Below are positions 42,800 to 52,572 of a DNA stretch of 64,000 nt, one piece after another. The notes beneath the pieces were generated by a model. It was not told the DNA's origin. It did not search any database and saw nothing but the letters and a program-made list of their open reading frames with translations. The DNA comes from a phage. Location: the sequence record PQ536907.1; one strand, given 5' to 3'. A program made the position numbers and the translations under genes. Every line of letters starts with the position of its first letter. Position 1 is the stretch's first letter.

Positions 42800-43015
42800 T
42801 TAATCGTCGCAGTCGACGCTCAATTCCCAAAACTCTTCTACGGTATAAGTTTCAGTATCATTTTCAATACAGAAACGTTCATTACTGTTATTTGCTAAAG
42901 TAGCGTTAACTGTCGGTTTCTCGCTAGTGCTCTTAAGAGGTGAAATACGAATTAACTGATCACCGTTATCTAAACAGAAAATTTCACCAACTTTTACATC
43001 TTTAAAAATTTTCAT
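42800..43015 (-). CDS. hypothetical protein (71 aa)
   Basis: ORF in ndd.x block. Confidence 0.45.
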   Translation of the reverse strand: MKIFKDVKVGEIFCLDNGDQLIRISPLKSTSEKPTVNATLANNSNERFCIENDTETYTVEEFWELSVDCDD

Positions 43016-43130
43016 AATTCACCTCAAGGAGTATAAAATCCGAATGCAGTTGTTGACCATCCCATCCAATATGGAAAATTTGCACCAATGTAAAACATAA
43101 GAATATAAAACCAACCGCTCAGCAAATTCA

Positions 43131-43349
43131 TCATTTTACACCATTCCAAATTGTTTCAACCACAGATTTTAAACCATTTTGATGAATATCAATTCCGACT
43201 ACTGTCATCAAATAGATTCCAACTACAACTGAACCTAAGGCAAAAATCAGCATGAAAATGAATAAAGCCGGAAAAATATTATCGAAAAACCATTCAATAA
43301 ATGTAAAAGCACTGCGTTTACGCTTCATATTTTCCTCACATAAATCCAA
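43131..43349 (-). CDS. hypothetical membrane protein (72 aa)
   Basis: Hydrophobic segment FPALFIFMLIFALGSVVVGIYLMTVVGI. Confidence 0.45.
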   Translation of the reverse strand: MDLCEENMKRKRSAFTFIEWFFDNIFPALFIFMLIFALGSVVVGIYLMTVVGIDIHQNGLKSVVETIWNGVK

Positions 43350-43449
43350 AGTAAACGTTTAATACATCAATCATTAAAACGATTGGGAATATACACAAAA
43401 CTGTTAGTATTATAACTACATTCCATATAGCTTTAACAATCTTTTTCAT
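43336..43449 (-). CDS. small hydrophobic ORF (37 aa; ORF-track version extends upstream through a promoter)
   Basis: Internal ATG with SD; early-type promoter (GTTTACA 43501-43507, TACTAT 43478-43483) lies inside the longer track ORF. Confidence 0.3.
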   Translation of the reverse strand: MKKIVKAIWNVVIILTVLCIFPIVLMIDVLNVYFGFM

Positions 43450-43692
43450 TTTCTGTTCCTCCGTAGTTGATAGTTGTATAGTACCACAGAGGAACAGTCT
43501 TGTAAACAACTTTTTTAAAAATATTCGTAATAAATGTGAATACCAATCACTACTGCCGAAACTTGTGCAACCAACCATGCACACGCAATAAGTACAGAAT
43601 TCAAAATTTTCATAATAACCTCATCACAAAAGTAAATGTTAAACAAATTACTGGAATACTAATTAACCAAACAAAACACCACCATAATGAAC

Positions 43693-43956
43693 TCATAGTT
43701 CAATCTCAACGATTTCCAGGTGTTTTTGTTTTATTGCCTTTTTAACACAATCATGGACTAAATATGACCATGAATCATTATATTCTCCATTAACTAATCG
43801 TTGGAGATCTTCACGTGATGATAAGTAAGGTTGATCTGATTCCCATTTTGATAAAAATACTGCAGTAAAAATATCTCCTTCACCTGTAGTTGAAGTCGTA
43901 AATGCAATAAATTCACCGGTAATTTTATGTTTAGCGTAATAAAATTTAAATTTCAT
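43693..43956 (-). CDS. hypothetical protein (87 aa from MKFKFYYAKHK...)
   Basis: SD GGAGGAG upstream of internal ATG; promoter at 43984-44013. Confidence 0.45.
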   Translation of the reverse strand: MKFKFYYAKHKITGEFIAFTTSTTGEGDIFTAVFLSKWESDQPYLSSREDLQRLVNGEYNDSWSYLVHDCVKKAIKQKHLEIVEIEL

Positions 43957-43983
43957 TTTTACTCCTCCGTAGCTGATAGTTGT

Positions 43984-44038
43984 ATAGTACCACGGTCCTT
44001 GTGGTATGTAAACCATTTTGTGAAATTTTTTTTTTTTT
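43984..44038 (-). promoter_or_regulatory. Early promoter (-35 GTTTACA, -10 TACTAT) with upstream A13 tract
   Basis: GTTTACA 44007-44013; 17-nt spacer; TACTAT 43984-43989; 13-nt homopolymer 44026-44038 directly after the denB stop. Confidence 0.5.
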
Positions 44039-44594
44039 AAATGGAAAGATACCATCCGTTGTAGTTGCTTTTTCTTACAACCTTACGAAGGTCTTCTCTG
44101 TCACCGATGAACTTCGGAGTGTACTGGATGACACCTGGATGAATTTCTTTAGTGTTGAATATAATTATACAGTCAGCGACTTGATGATTTAGAATGGGCC
44201 CTAGATTTATTCCAGAACCGTATGGATACTCTCCGCTGCATCCTGTTGTTACAGAAATCCAACGTGAGTCAGTTTGGTGTGTCTTAACTTCTACACGAAG
44301 CCCGCAGTATCTTGGATGCGCCAATACATCCCATGCGTATGTATACGGGTCATTAACATCCTCTTGGCCTTTATTAACATACCCGCTTAACCAATCTGCT
44401 ACAAAAAATTCTGCGTACACAGCGATACGGCATCTTTCGATAACTTCTGCTTTATCCTGGTTCGGGTTTTGTTTTAAAGAGTATCTTGCTGTATCAGCAA
44501 TTTTGACCTTCATTTCACTAGTCAAGTCACTGTTCGATAGGGTAAATGTCGGAATCTGAAATAGTCTCTGTAAACCCGGATTCGTTTTCTGCAT
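44037..44594 (-). CDS. denB: endonuclease IV
   Basis: 185 aa; position adjacent to rIIB; matches recalled T4 EndoIV. Confidence 0.85.
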   Translation of the reverse strand: MQKTNPGLQRLFQIPTFTLSNSDLTSEMKVKIADTARYSLKQNPNQDKAEVIERCRIAVYAEFFVADWLSGYVNKGQEDVNDPYTYAWDVLAHPRYCGLRVEVKTHQTDSRWISVTTGCSGEYPYGSGINLGPILNHQVADCIIIFNTKEIHPGVIQYTPKFIGDREDLRKVVRKSNYNGWYLSI

Positions 44595-44657
44595 TTAAAC
44601 TTTCCTTTATGTCGGAATCATAATTTCTCTTAAAACAAAAGGGCCGAAGCCCTTATT

Positions 44658-44852
44658 TTATTTGAATTGTGCGATTCTTTTCTCTAGACACTCAGCATAA
44701 GATTTCATTGAGATGAACTGTGAAAGCAGCAGTTCTTGCTCAACTGCACTAACCGTTAGAAACTTTGTGCTTTCTAAAAATTTGCTCAGTGCATTAATTT
44801 TGAGCATTAATTGATCGTATTCTTCTTTTACTCGTGCTTGATAACCTAACAT
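44658..44852 (-). CDS. hypothetical protein (64 aa; denB.1-like)
   Basis: ORF flanked by GC hairpins gggccgaagccc on both sides. Confidence 0.5.
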   Translation of the reverse strand: MLGYQARVKEEYDQLMLKINALSKFLESTKFLTVSAVEQELLLSQFISMKSYAECLEKRIAQFK

Positions 44853-44884
44853 AATTTTCCTTAATATGATAAGGGCCGAAGCCC

Positions 44885-45823
44885 TTATTTAAATTGTTCA
44901 GTAACGTCTTCAACTACTTCGTATTGGCAGGTACGCATTTTAGCATCGTTGTAATCAATCGGAATTGATACTACATCACGTGGATGTACTTTAACTTTTA
45001 CAACTCGGCTGGTTGAACTGCCAAAGTGACGAATATAAGATTTAGAACACACATGCAGACCACGAGAACAAGTTTGTGTATCATCGTCATTCACACGAGT
45101 ACGCGGCATTTTAACTACTTTACCAGGACTGTTATCAAAGGTGTTTGAGTGACAGTCAAAGTAGTTGTCACGAACTACTTTCCAAGCATAGAAGTAACCA
45201 TCTTCTGTAATTTCAATATCGTTTGCTACCAAGAAATCAAAGAGTCGAGATACCGCTTTCTGGCTTGGGTTTTCCAGCAGATTTTCCAAGAACGGAAAAT
45301 AAAATTCAAAGTTTTCACCTTTTTCCATCGAATCGAGAATACGATCAACTAAACCAGACCGTAATTCGATATTTTGATAGAACAAGCTTCCGCCTTCAAT
45401 TCGAACATCGCCGGAAATATATTTTTCAACAGCGCGACGAACATTAATTTTTTGCGCAGCTTCTTCCAGCTTATCTGCTACAAGCAGATTAAGAATTTCC
45501 TGGAAGTTTGAATGAGTATTAGGAGTTGCGTTATAAGTTACACCGTCAACAGTAATTGAAATGAATTTTTTAGATGCATTCCAAATAATGTCAGATTTAG
45601 CAACTGGAGCAATAACTGCATCGCTATTAACTTTAACTGTAATATCACCGCTAATAGTAACTTTAGGGCGTTTAGCTTCTTCAGCATTTTTCAAAACACG
45701 ACGAATTGTGTCAACCGATACACCTTGCCAATCAGCCAATTCCTGTTGGGTGTAATTACCACTTGAATACAGCTTAACAATTTCAGCTTGTTCGTTTTTG
45801 GTCAGGCATTTAATATTGTACAT
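44885..45823 (-). CDS. rIIB: rIIB membrane-associated protein
   Basis: 312 aa, MYNIKCLTKNEQAEIVKLYSSGNYTQQELADW... Confidence 0.95.
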   Translation of the reverse strand: MYNIKCLTKNEQAEIVKLYSSGNYTQQELADWQGVSVDTIRRVLKNAEEAKRPKVTISGDITVKVNSDAVIAPVAKSDIIWNASKKFISITVDGVTYNATPNTHSNFQEILNLLVADKLEEAAQKINVRRAVEKYISGDVRIEGGSLFYQNIELRSGLVDRILDSMEKGENFEFYFPFLENLLENPSQKAVSRLFDFLVANDIEITEDGYFYAWKVVRDNYFDCHSNTFDNSPGKVVKMPRTRVNDDDTQTCSRGLHVCSKSYIRHFGSSTSRVVKVKVHPRDVVSIPIDYNDAKMRTCQYEVVEDVTEQFK

Positions 45824-45834
45824 AATTTTCCTTA

Positions 45835-48012
45835 TTAGGCCGCAAGGGCCTTCATAGTTTTAGCGATTTGGGAAACTTCATCATCACTTAAAGAGTTGCG
45901 ATAACCGATGAAGTCGGAAACAATACGGAATTTCTTGGTAAACTCAGCAACCATTTTATCACTATTTTTTGAAGCATTACGTGATAATTCATCAAAGAGA
46001 TTAGTTACTGTCCAGATATCATGACCGATGGTATCTTTTCCACCATTGAAATACACACCGCGTAATGAACTAACCATATTACCAAGTCGTGTATATTCTT
46101 CAGAAACTTCATCTGTACTGAAGTACTTCATCATAAAATCTAGTTCAGGATACTTGATAATTTTATCAATATATCGTTGAGCTGAACTTGAATAACCTAC
46201 ATACTTATCATAATCTACATCATCAAAAGCATCTACATATAAATCACGCAAAGCTTCAAAAATACATTGGCACTGACCAAGCTCTTTTACCTTTTTCTGC
46301 AAAAGCGGACGAATAACATAAAATTCATTAATGCCAATAAGATTAGCCATACGAATCAAAATATTCATAGATGGATGACAAAGAGATGTAGTACCATCCA
46401 TAGAGAAAATATCAGAACGATGCATATACGCTACATAACCAGTAATTTCATCTGCTTCTGACGTGAGTGTAAATAGTTCCTCTTTTTCCCATCGTCCATC
46501 TTTAATTTCAAATTTAAATGCTGTAGCAGCTTTAGGACGAGGAGCTTTACTTTTAACTACCTTTGGAATATAGCTTTTAACTAAAGCTTCAATTTCTGAC
46601 AAATAATGAATGTTAACTTCATCACTTTCAAACATTGCCATAATATCAGGTAGTAAATCAATCTGCGATTCTACTTCCGGATTAATAAACAGAAGACGCT
46701 CATTGTGATGAATATTTAAAGTGTTATTAAATTCACTATCATCTAACGCATGCGCTAATCCACGGACAATATTAACACGATTTTTAATATTATCAATAAC
46801 GATATTAATTTTTGTTGTATTAATACCAAACAGACGATAACTTGATGCAACGGCTGAAGTTTCATGGCTTTGCTTAATGCGTTTCAGTCGAGGGTCAAGA
46901 TTTACTTCATACACAACTCCTGCATTGCATAACTTACTGTCAGGTTCAAACATGCTCTGCATCTTTTTATATGACAGATTTTTAGTCGTGAATTTGACTG
47001 AATTACTAATCATATAATCTCGAGCAGAATACCCCATCTTCATTAATTCACGATATGTGTGACGAGGAGATGTAGATTCTTTAAATCGTTTTACATCTTC
47101 ATTAAATGCTTTCTCACTGAGTTCTTTAACTCGTTCAATAATATTTTTACGAGTACGATCATCCAGTGAAAGAGCCTCGCGAGATGGAGCAATATCAAGT
47201 GAACCCATTGGAAACTTAATGTAATTCACTTCATTGCGAATGCTTAGCCAGTTACGGTCTCTAATAACACCATCGATAGGATAAACAATACCGCCATAGA
47301 TAGCATATAATCCACCACGATCAGGCCAGTATCTTTCTGGATTTACACCATAATAATCATCAAAATCAGGAAAATAATCAATTTCGCGGTCAAGACCATT
47401 AATGATAGCCAAATCTTTGAACGGTCGCATGATATAAGAAACTTCATAAGCAAAGTTTCTAAAGTCTTTTTCTTCAACTGGAACTACGATTTCAATACCA
47501 GTTTTATCATTTGGACCCATTTCTTTTACGAATGTAGGTTTAATTTGTGGACCATCGCCATCCATGTAAGCTACATAACCACGAATTTCGCCTTTATGAT
47601 ATGAAGTAATACTAAATGTATCAGTATAACTAAACGGAGATTTAGAACCTAAACCAAATCCGCCAATGAAATCGTTAGATTCAGCCTTAGATGAACTAAA
47701 GTATGAATTATACAACCCAGGAGAATTATCATCACCTTGAATATCAAAATCGCTCATACCCGGACCAAAATCTCGGCAAACAAATCGCGGATCTAATCGT
47801 CCTGGAACTTGAATGATAAATTTTTCAGGATTTCCATTAAGAGCATGGGCATCAATCATGTTGGTAATCAATTCACGGACTACTGCGCGAATCTTGTTTG
47901 TATACAAATCAGATGACAGAATTTTAAATACTTTAGGATTTGCTGCGATGCTAAATGCTTTTGATTTAGCACCATTACCAAGAATTGTTTCTTTTTCAGT
48001 AGTGATAATCAT
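45835..48012 (-). CDS. rIIA: rIIA protein
   Basis: 725 aa; position and length as in T4. Confidence 0.95.
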   Translation of the reverse strand: MIITTEKETILGNGAKSKAFSIAANPKVFKILSSDLYTNKIRAVVRELITNMIDAHALNGNPEKFIIQVPGRLDPRFVCRDFGPGMSDFDIQGDDNSPGLYNSYFSSSKAESNDFIGGFGLGSKSPFSYTDTFSITSYHKGEIRGYVAYMDGDGPQIKPTFVKEMGPNDKTGIEIVVPVEEKDFRNFAYEVSYIMRPFKDLAIINGLDREIDYFPDFDDYYGVNPERYWPDRGGLYAIYGGIVYPIDGVIRDRNWLSIRNEVNYIKFPMGSLDIAPSREALSLDDRTRKNIIERVKELSEKAFNEDVKRFKESTSPRHTYRELMKMGYSARDYMISNSVKFTTKNLSYKKMQSMFEPDSKLCNAGVVYEVNLDPRLKRIKQSHETSAVASSYRLFGINTTKINIVIDNIKNRVNIVRGLAHALDDSEFNNTLNIHHNERLLFINPEVESQIDLLPDIMAMFESDEVNIHYLSEIEALVKSYIPKVVKSKAPRPKAATAFKFEIKDGRWEKEELFTLTSEADEITGYVAYMHRSDIFSMDGTTSLCHPSMNILIRMANLIGINEFYVIRPLLQKKVKELGQCQCIFEALRDLYVDAFDDVDYDKYVGYSSSAQRYIDKIIKYPELDFMMKYFSTDEVSEEYTRLGNMVSSLRGVYFNGGKDTIGHDIWTVTNLFDELSRNASKNSDKMVAEFTKKFRIVSDFIGYRNSLSDDEVSQIAKTMKALAA

Positions 48013-48022
48013 AATTTCCTCA

Positions 48023-48226
48023 TTAATTCATATTGCGTTTAATAACTTCAGCAACTTCTAGTAGTTCATCTTTAGTTGCGGTGTCGGATTGAATTTTATC
48101 TCTAATATCCTTAAAGCGGTTTTTAAACTCTTCGGCTTCTCCCATATCGAAAAAGCGTTGAATGATTCTATATTCTCGATGAACTGCTTTATCAAAAAGT
48201 TCTAAATTTACTTTATATGATTTCAT
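48023..48226 (-). CDS. hypothetical protein (67 aa; rIIA.1-like)
   Basis: ORF; early-type promoter upstream (GTTTAC 48276-48281, TATAAT 48252-48257). Confidence 0.5.
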   Translation of the reverse strand: MKSYKVNLELFDKAVHREYRIIQRFFDMGEAEEFKNRFKDIRDKIQSDTATKDELLEVAEVIKRNMN

Positions 48227-48280
48227 TTCAATATCCTCATTTGCCCAATTAATTATACCACATCCTTGTGGTAAAGTAAA

Positions 48281-50098
48281 CTACTGGCTCATCCATTCTT
48301 TACGAAGGTCAGCATTATCTCCCATGAGCATTTCAAAAAGCTCTTTCCAGTTCTCAGGAAGTTTAACAACATCATATACTGGATTTTGAATCATCTCACG
48401 ATATTCAGATTTTTCCAAAGAGCCAAGTCCTTTAATATAACGGATGCTATGTTTAGGTAGAGCATCTTTGGCACTCTCATATTCAGCGACTGTATAAAAC
48501 CATTCTTGTTTTTTACCGACCTGAGCGATGATTACCGGAGTTTTGACAAAGCGAATTCGTCCTTGCTCAAACAATTCTGGCCAATTACTAAAAAACCCGA
48601 GCAGAGAAGGATAAATGCTTCCTAGACCATCATGGTCAGCATCAGTCATAATAGCAATATTGCGATAATTCAAGTTTTCAGCCTTTTCACCAAGAACTAG
48701 ACCAGTGATTGCGCAAATATCAAATAGTTCTTTGTTTTTAAGCATATCAGCATATGACATACCCCAACTGTTGAGAACTTTACCACGCAATGGATAACCA
48801 CCATGAAGTTCTTTATCACGAACATCAATAAGATATCCGATAGCCGAATCACCCTCAGTCAGGAAAAGAGTAGTGTCAGCATCTTTACCACAAAGATTCG
48901 CTTTGATATGTTTATGAACTTTAGCTTTAGAAGCCTTTTTAGCTGCTTTAGTTTCAGCTGCTTTTTCTGCTGCCAATTTACGGGCCAAGGCAGCTTCAAT
49001 AATTGGCATCAAAATAGCTTCATTATTTAGAATAGCGCGTGAAATCTTTTTAGCATCAAGCTGAATATGACTACGAATTTCGCCAAATGGAGAAGTCAAA
49101 CGCTCTTTAGTTTGAGAATCAAATCGCATGTTTTTCATATCACGAACAAACATAACGATAGTCAAACATTCTTTAACACGTGCTTTAGTTACATCAATTT
49201 TGAACTTACGTTTGATTTGTGGAATAAGGTCTTCACAAATATCATCCATAACACAGTCAATGTGATGGCCACCATTCTTAGTGTGAATGTTATTCACGTA
49301 AGTTAATTGACGAAATCCATCCGGTGAACGACCAACCGCAATAGAACAATTTTCTTGTTCTTGAACAATAGCATGTTCATCATACTGTCGTGCATATTTC
49401 TTAAAATTGCCCTGAACCTTTTTACCATTAAAGGTAAATTGAATATCAGGATAAACAACAGCAAGTGTCTGGAGACGATCTAGTGTAATGTCAAGATAAA
49501 CTTGGGACAGCTCATTAGTTTCAAATGACATAAAATCTGGAATGAAAGTAACACGAGTTCCTTTCCATTTTCCAGGAATAGTTTCCCAGGATTTATTTTC
49601 CATGCCATTTGAACAACGAACTACAATATTATTTTGACCATCGCCAGTTTCACCGACAAACATCACAGAAAAAATGTTAGTTAAACTAGAACCAACACCA
49701 TTCATACCACCGGTGACACGTTCTTTATCATCACCAAAGTTACCACCCGCTTTTGGAATAGTCCAAGCAGCAACTGGACCAGGAATTTCTTCACCGGTAG
49801 GTGTTTTAACCATCGCTTGTGGAATACCACGACCGTTATCTTCAACTGTTACTTGATTGTTTTTAATAGTAACATTAATTTTATTTGCGAATTTAAACTT
49901 AGTACGAATACCTTCATCGACTGAGTTATCGATAATTTCATCAATAAGCTTAACAAGACCAGGTACATACTGAACACTTTCCCATTTACCAAACAGAAAG
50001 CGCTCATGCATTTCATTAGCAGAAGAGCCAATGTACATGCCACTACGCTTTTTGATATGTTCAATATCGCTCAGAATTTTAATTTCATTCTTAATCAT
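48281..50098 (-). CDS. 39: DNA topoisomerase II large subunit (GyrB-like), unsplit form
   Basis: 605 aa from MIKNEIK...; continuous through ...NIAIMTDADHDGLGSIYPSLLGFF..., covering what T4 encodes as gp39 plus gp60. Confidence 0.9.
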   Translation of the reverse strand: MIKNEIKILSDIEHIKKRSGMYIGSSANEMHERFLFGKWESVQYVPGLVKLIDEIIDNSVDEGIRTKFKFANKINVTIKNNQVTVEDNGRGIPQAMVKTPTGEEIPGPVAAWTIPKAGGNFGDDKERVTGGMNGVGSSLTNIFSVMFVGETGDGQNNIVVRCSNGMENKSWETIPGKWKGTRVTFIPDFMSFETNELSQVYLDITLDRLQTLAVVYPDIQFTFNGKKVQGNFKKYARQYDEHAIVQEQENCSIAVGRSPDGFRQLTYVNNIHTKNGGHHIDCVMDDICEDLIPQIKRKFKIDVTKARVKECLTIVMFVRDMKNMRFDSQTKERLTSPFGEIRSHIQLDAKKISRAILNNEAILMPIIEAALARKLAAEKAAETKAAKKASKAKVHKHIKANLCGKDADTTLFLTEGDSAIGYLIDVRDKELHGGYPLRGKVLNSWGMSYADMLKNKELFDICAITGLVLGEKAENLNYRNIAIMTDADHDGLGSIYPSLLGFFSNWPELFEQGRIRFVKTPVIIAQVGKKQEWFYTVAEYESAKDALPKHSIRYIKGLGSLEKSEYREMIQNPVYDVVKLPENWKELFEMLMGDNADLRKEWMSQ

Positions 50099-50167
50099 CA
50101 CTTATCCTCGTTTGGTTTCGGGAATATTATACTCCGGTAATCATAAAGCTAAAGGCCCGAAGGCCTT

Positions 50168-50437
50168 TTATTTAAAACGAATAGTTGAATCCTTAAAGAA
50201 CAGCCCAGAACATACTGTTCCTTCTACTTTCTGCCCGGTAGGTCCAATAGCACGAAATCCAGTATGTTGGAAATCATTTTCAGAGCAACCGAACCAGTTA
50301 TATCCAGTGATTTCAATATTAGTAAAACCGCTTGAAGATAAAACTTTGGTTGCATTATCAGCATCAGTACATCCTACTAAAGATACTGCTAATACTAATG
50401 CTGCAATAGAACGATTAATATATTTCATAATTTTCAC
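50168..50437 (-). CDS. putative lipoprotein (89 aa)
   Basis: Signal peptide with lipobox LVGC. Confidence 0.5.
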   Translation of the reverse strand: MKIMKYINRSIAALVLAVSLVGCTDADNATKVLSSSGFTNIEITGYNWFGCSENDFQHTGFRAIGPTGQKVEGTVCSGLFFKDSTIRFK

Positions 50438-50805
50438 TTAAATTTAATGGCTTGAAGAAGACTAATAATTCTCAAGCGACTTCTTTCATCTTTAACTGTA
50501 AAAGAAAGAGGGTCACCAGATTTCATAGTAATAGTACATTCAAAATCAAAATCTTCGGGAACTTCTTCGAATAGGTCAAATTCTTCATCATAAATTAGAA
50601 CATTACTCTGAAAACTGTGAAGAATTTTTCCATCATTTCCAGATGCTGTACTAATCATTGTAACATTATTACCTTTCATATCTTCAACGATAAATTCGCT
50701 TGTAGATATTACATTACTAATAGAACCATTCCTATAAATAGCAGAAAATAGATATTTCTTTTCTTCACCTTCGCGAATACGATACTTCTTACCGATTTTA
50801 AACAT
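50434..50805 (-). CDS. hypothetical protein (123 aa)
   Basis: ORF. Confidence 0.5.
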   Translation of the reverse strand: MFKIGKKYRIREGEEKKYLFSAIYRNGSISNVISTSEFIVEDMKGNNVTMISTASGNDGKILHSFQSNVLIYDEEFDLFEEVPEDFDFECTITMKSGDPLSFTVKDERSRLRIISLLQAIKFK

Positions 50806-50807
50806 AA

Positions 50808-50984
50808 TTACCCTTTAAGTAAGTCGTAAAAACCGCCATTCACATGCTTAGGAGCAGAAGGCCGACGAGTAGACAGACGATGACATTTAGGACAAACATC
50901 ATTTTCTCGTTCAGAAATCTTTTTAATTTTTTCATATTCATGCCCGCAATCTTCGGATTGGCATTTATAATCATACATTGGCAT
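50808..50984 (-). CDS. FmdB-family zinc-ribbon protein (58 aa), below ORF-track cut-off
   Basis: Manual translation MPMYDYKCQSEDCGHEYEKIKKISERENDVCPKCH...; CxxxxC...CPxC resembles the FmdB zinc ribbon. Confidence 0.4.
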   Translation of the reverse strand: MPMYDYKCQSEDCGHEYEKIKKISERENDVCPKCHRLSTRRPSAPKHVNGGFYDLLKG

Positions 50985-50986
50985 AA

Positions 50987-51412
50987 TTATTCCTTAAAGT
51001 GTGCTTTCAACATCTGATACAAGGACCATGCCTGTTCATTATTTTCAATAGTAACTTTCATGACCGGGAATTCTGTGAAATCTTCTATTTGTTCTTGCTC
51101 TTGCTCTTCCTGCTCTTGCTCTTCAGCTGCCTGATATGGATTTTCCACTTCATCAAAGAACTCGGCTTCGTTAGTAGAGAGCCAGATAAAGTTTTCGTCA
51201 AGGATATCACCATGTGTTGCATATCCAATTGTGCCAGTAAATGACATAATTTTAGTAGGACGACCAAGATGGTCAACATCTAAAATTTTAAAAGGATGCA
51301 TACCTAAACGTCGTGCATAAATTCCGTTATCAGTATGGTCTTTAATAAAAGCTTCTTGAGCTTGTTTATTTTTAAATTGATACCATTTATTAACTTCAAA
51401 TTTAATAGCCAT
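50987..51412 (-). CDS. hypothetical acidic protein (141 aa), possibly goF/comC-alpha by position
   Basis: Length and position between 39 and cef; [11 protein letters not shown] acidic repeat. Confidence 0.45.
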   Translation of the reverse strand: MAIKFEVNKWYQFKNKQAQEAFIKDHTDNGIYARRLGMHPFKILDVDHLGRPTKIMSFTGTIGYATHGDILDENFIWLSTNEAEFFDEVENPYQAAEEQEQEEQEQEQIEDFTEFPVMKVTIENNEQAWSLYQMLKAHFKE

Positions 51413-51627
51413 TAATAAATTTCCTTCCAGTAAGTTGTACCGTCTTCAGTGATTTCACGGAATACACCATAAATCGGTTGTTTATCACCAACCTTTTCAT
51501 ACACATAAACCGAAGTCAAGTGAGTAAACTTGATGGTGTGTTCCTTTTGAACTACTACCAAATCTGGATCAAATAATACATCTTCAAATTCGTCATTAGT
51601 GCAATTCTGAACAATTTTACGTTTCAT
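51412..51627 (-). CDS. cef: probable Cef (modifier of suppressor tRNAs), 71 aa
   Basis: 71 aa from internal Met [11 protein letters not shown]...; position as in T4. Confidence 0.45.
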   Translation of the reverse strand: MKRKIVQNCTNDEFEDVLFDPDLVVVQKEHTIKFTHLTSVYVYEKVGDKQPIYGVFREITEDGTTYWKEIY

Positions 51628-51640
51628 TACAATTTCCTCA

Positions 51641-51922
51641 TTAATTGAACAGTGGAGCAATGCGTTTCAGAAGAGTAGCAGCACCTTTGGCGAATTTTAC
51701 ATCATGAAAAACAGTTTCTTCTTCCGTTACAACACGAGCTTTAATGTTTTCACAATCCCAATTTTTACGAACAATCTTCAAAAGCTGCAGTAAATCTTTA
51801 CATTCAGCAATATCGATAACACATCCACGAGAATCTTCCATTATCGCACGATAACCATAAGCCATACCATAATCGTTGAAAGATTGCTCGATGATAATTA
51901 AGTTTTCCATTTTATTCTCCAA
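51641..51922 (-). CDS. hypothetical protein (93 aa)
   Basis: ORF; 13-bp inverted repeat (51936-51948 / 51966-51978) bracketing a -10-like TACTAT upstream. Confidence 0.5.
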   Translation of the reverse strand: MENKMENLIIIEQSFNDYGMAYGYRAIMEDSRGCVIDIAECKDLLQLLKIVRKNWDCENIKARVVTEEETVFHDVKFAKGAATLLKRIAPLFN

Positions 51923-52007
51923 GTTGTTTTCTGTATCAGTAGTTGATATTGATATAGTACCATAATCAACTACTGATGTATATAGTTTTATGAAAAAATT
52001 TTAAACT

Positions 52008-52499
52008 TTATGCATAGCGAGCTTTGCTATAGTGTTTAATCCAACTTTCAGGAATGACTTTATATGTTCCTAAAAATACCGTGTTGTACAGCTTAACACC
52101 GTCTTCTACCCATTGATCGGTAATGTATGCACACATAGCGCGAGTACGGTTAACAACACCTTCCTCACCTTCAGTAAATTCAAACTCATAAGGAGCAACG
52201 AACTTGATAGCTTGACCGAGTTTCCACTTAAAGTCTACACCTACATGCGAAGTATCAATCGTTTCAATTCCTTTAGCGGGAACAGCTTTCAAAAACGCAG
52301 GCTCAAGAAATTTCCATCGAACATAACCAAACTGAGGTTTAGACATTCCATCTTTAGGAATGATACGCACTTTTACTTCAGAATCTTCATCTTTAACACC
52401 ATGTTTAAGCTGAATGCTTACGACTTCAACCAATTTTCCTGCTGCTTTAGAACGGGATTTATCAGATACACGAGCAATTTCACCGATATTAATATTCAT
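52008..52499 (-). CDS. motB: probable MotB (163 aa)
   Basis: Length and position between cef and dexA; promoter GTTTACA 52567-52573, TATAAT 52544-52549. Confidence 0.5.
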   Translation of the reverse strand: MNINIGEIARVSDKSRSKAAGKLVEVVSIQLKHGVKDEDSEVKVRIIPKDGMSKPQFGYVRWKFLEPAFLKAVPAKGIETIDTSHVGVDFKWKLGQAIKFVAPYEFEFTEGEEGVVNRTRAMCAYITDQWVEDGVKLYNTVFLGTYKVIPESWIKHYSKARYA

Positions 52500-52572
52500 A
52501 ATTATCTCTCACTTGTTAAAAAGATTTTATACTCCGCAGGACCATTATACTCTGGTCCCAAGAGTTTGTAAA

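Noticed and set aside
44194-44559. Plus-strand 121-aa ORF
   Set aside because: Entirely antisense within denB.
51085-51130. Short ctcttgctcttc tandem DNA repeat
   Set aside because: Encodes an in-frame acidic [11 protein letters not shown] tract in the 141-aa protein; a low-complexity coding repeat, not a regulatory or mobile element.
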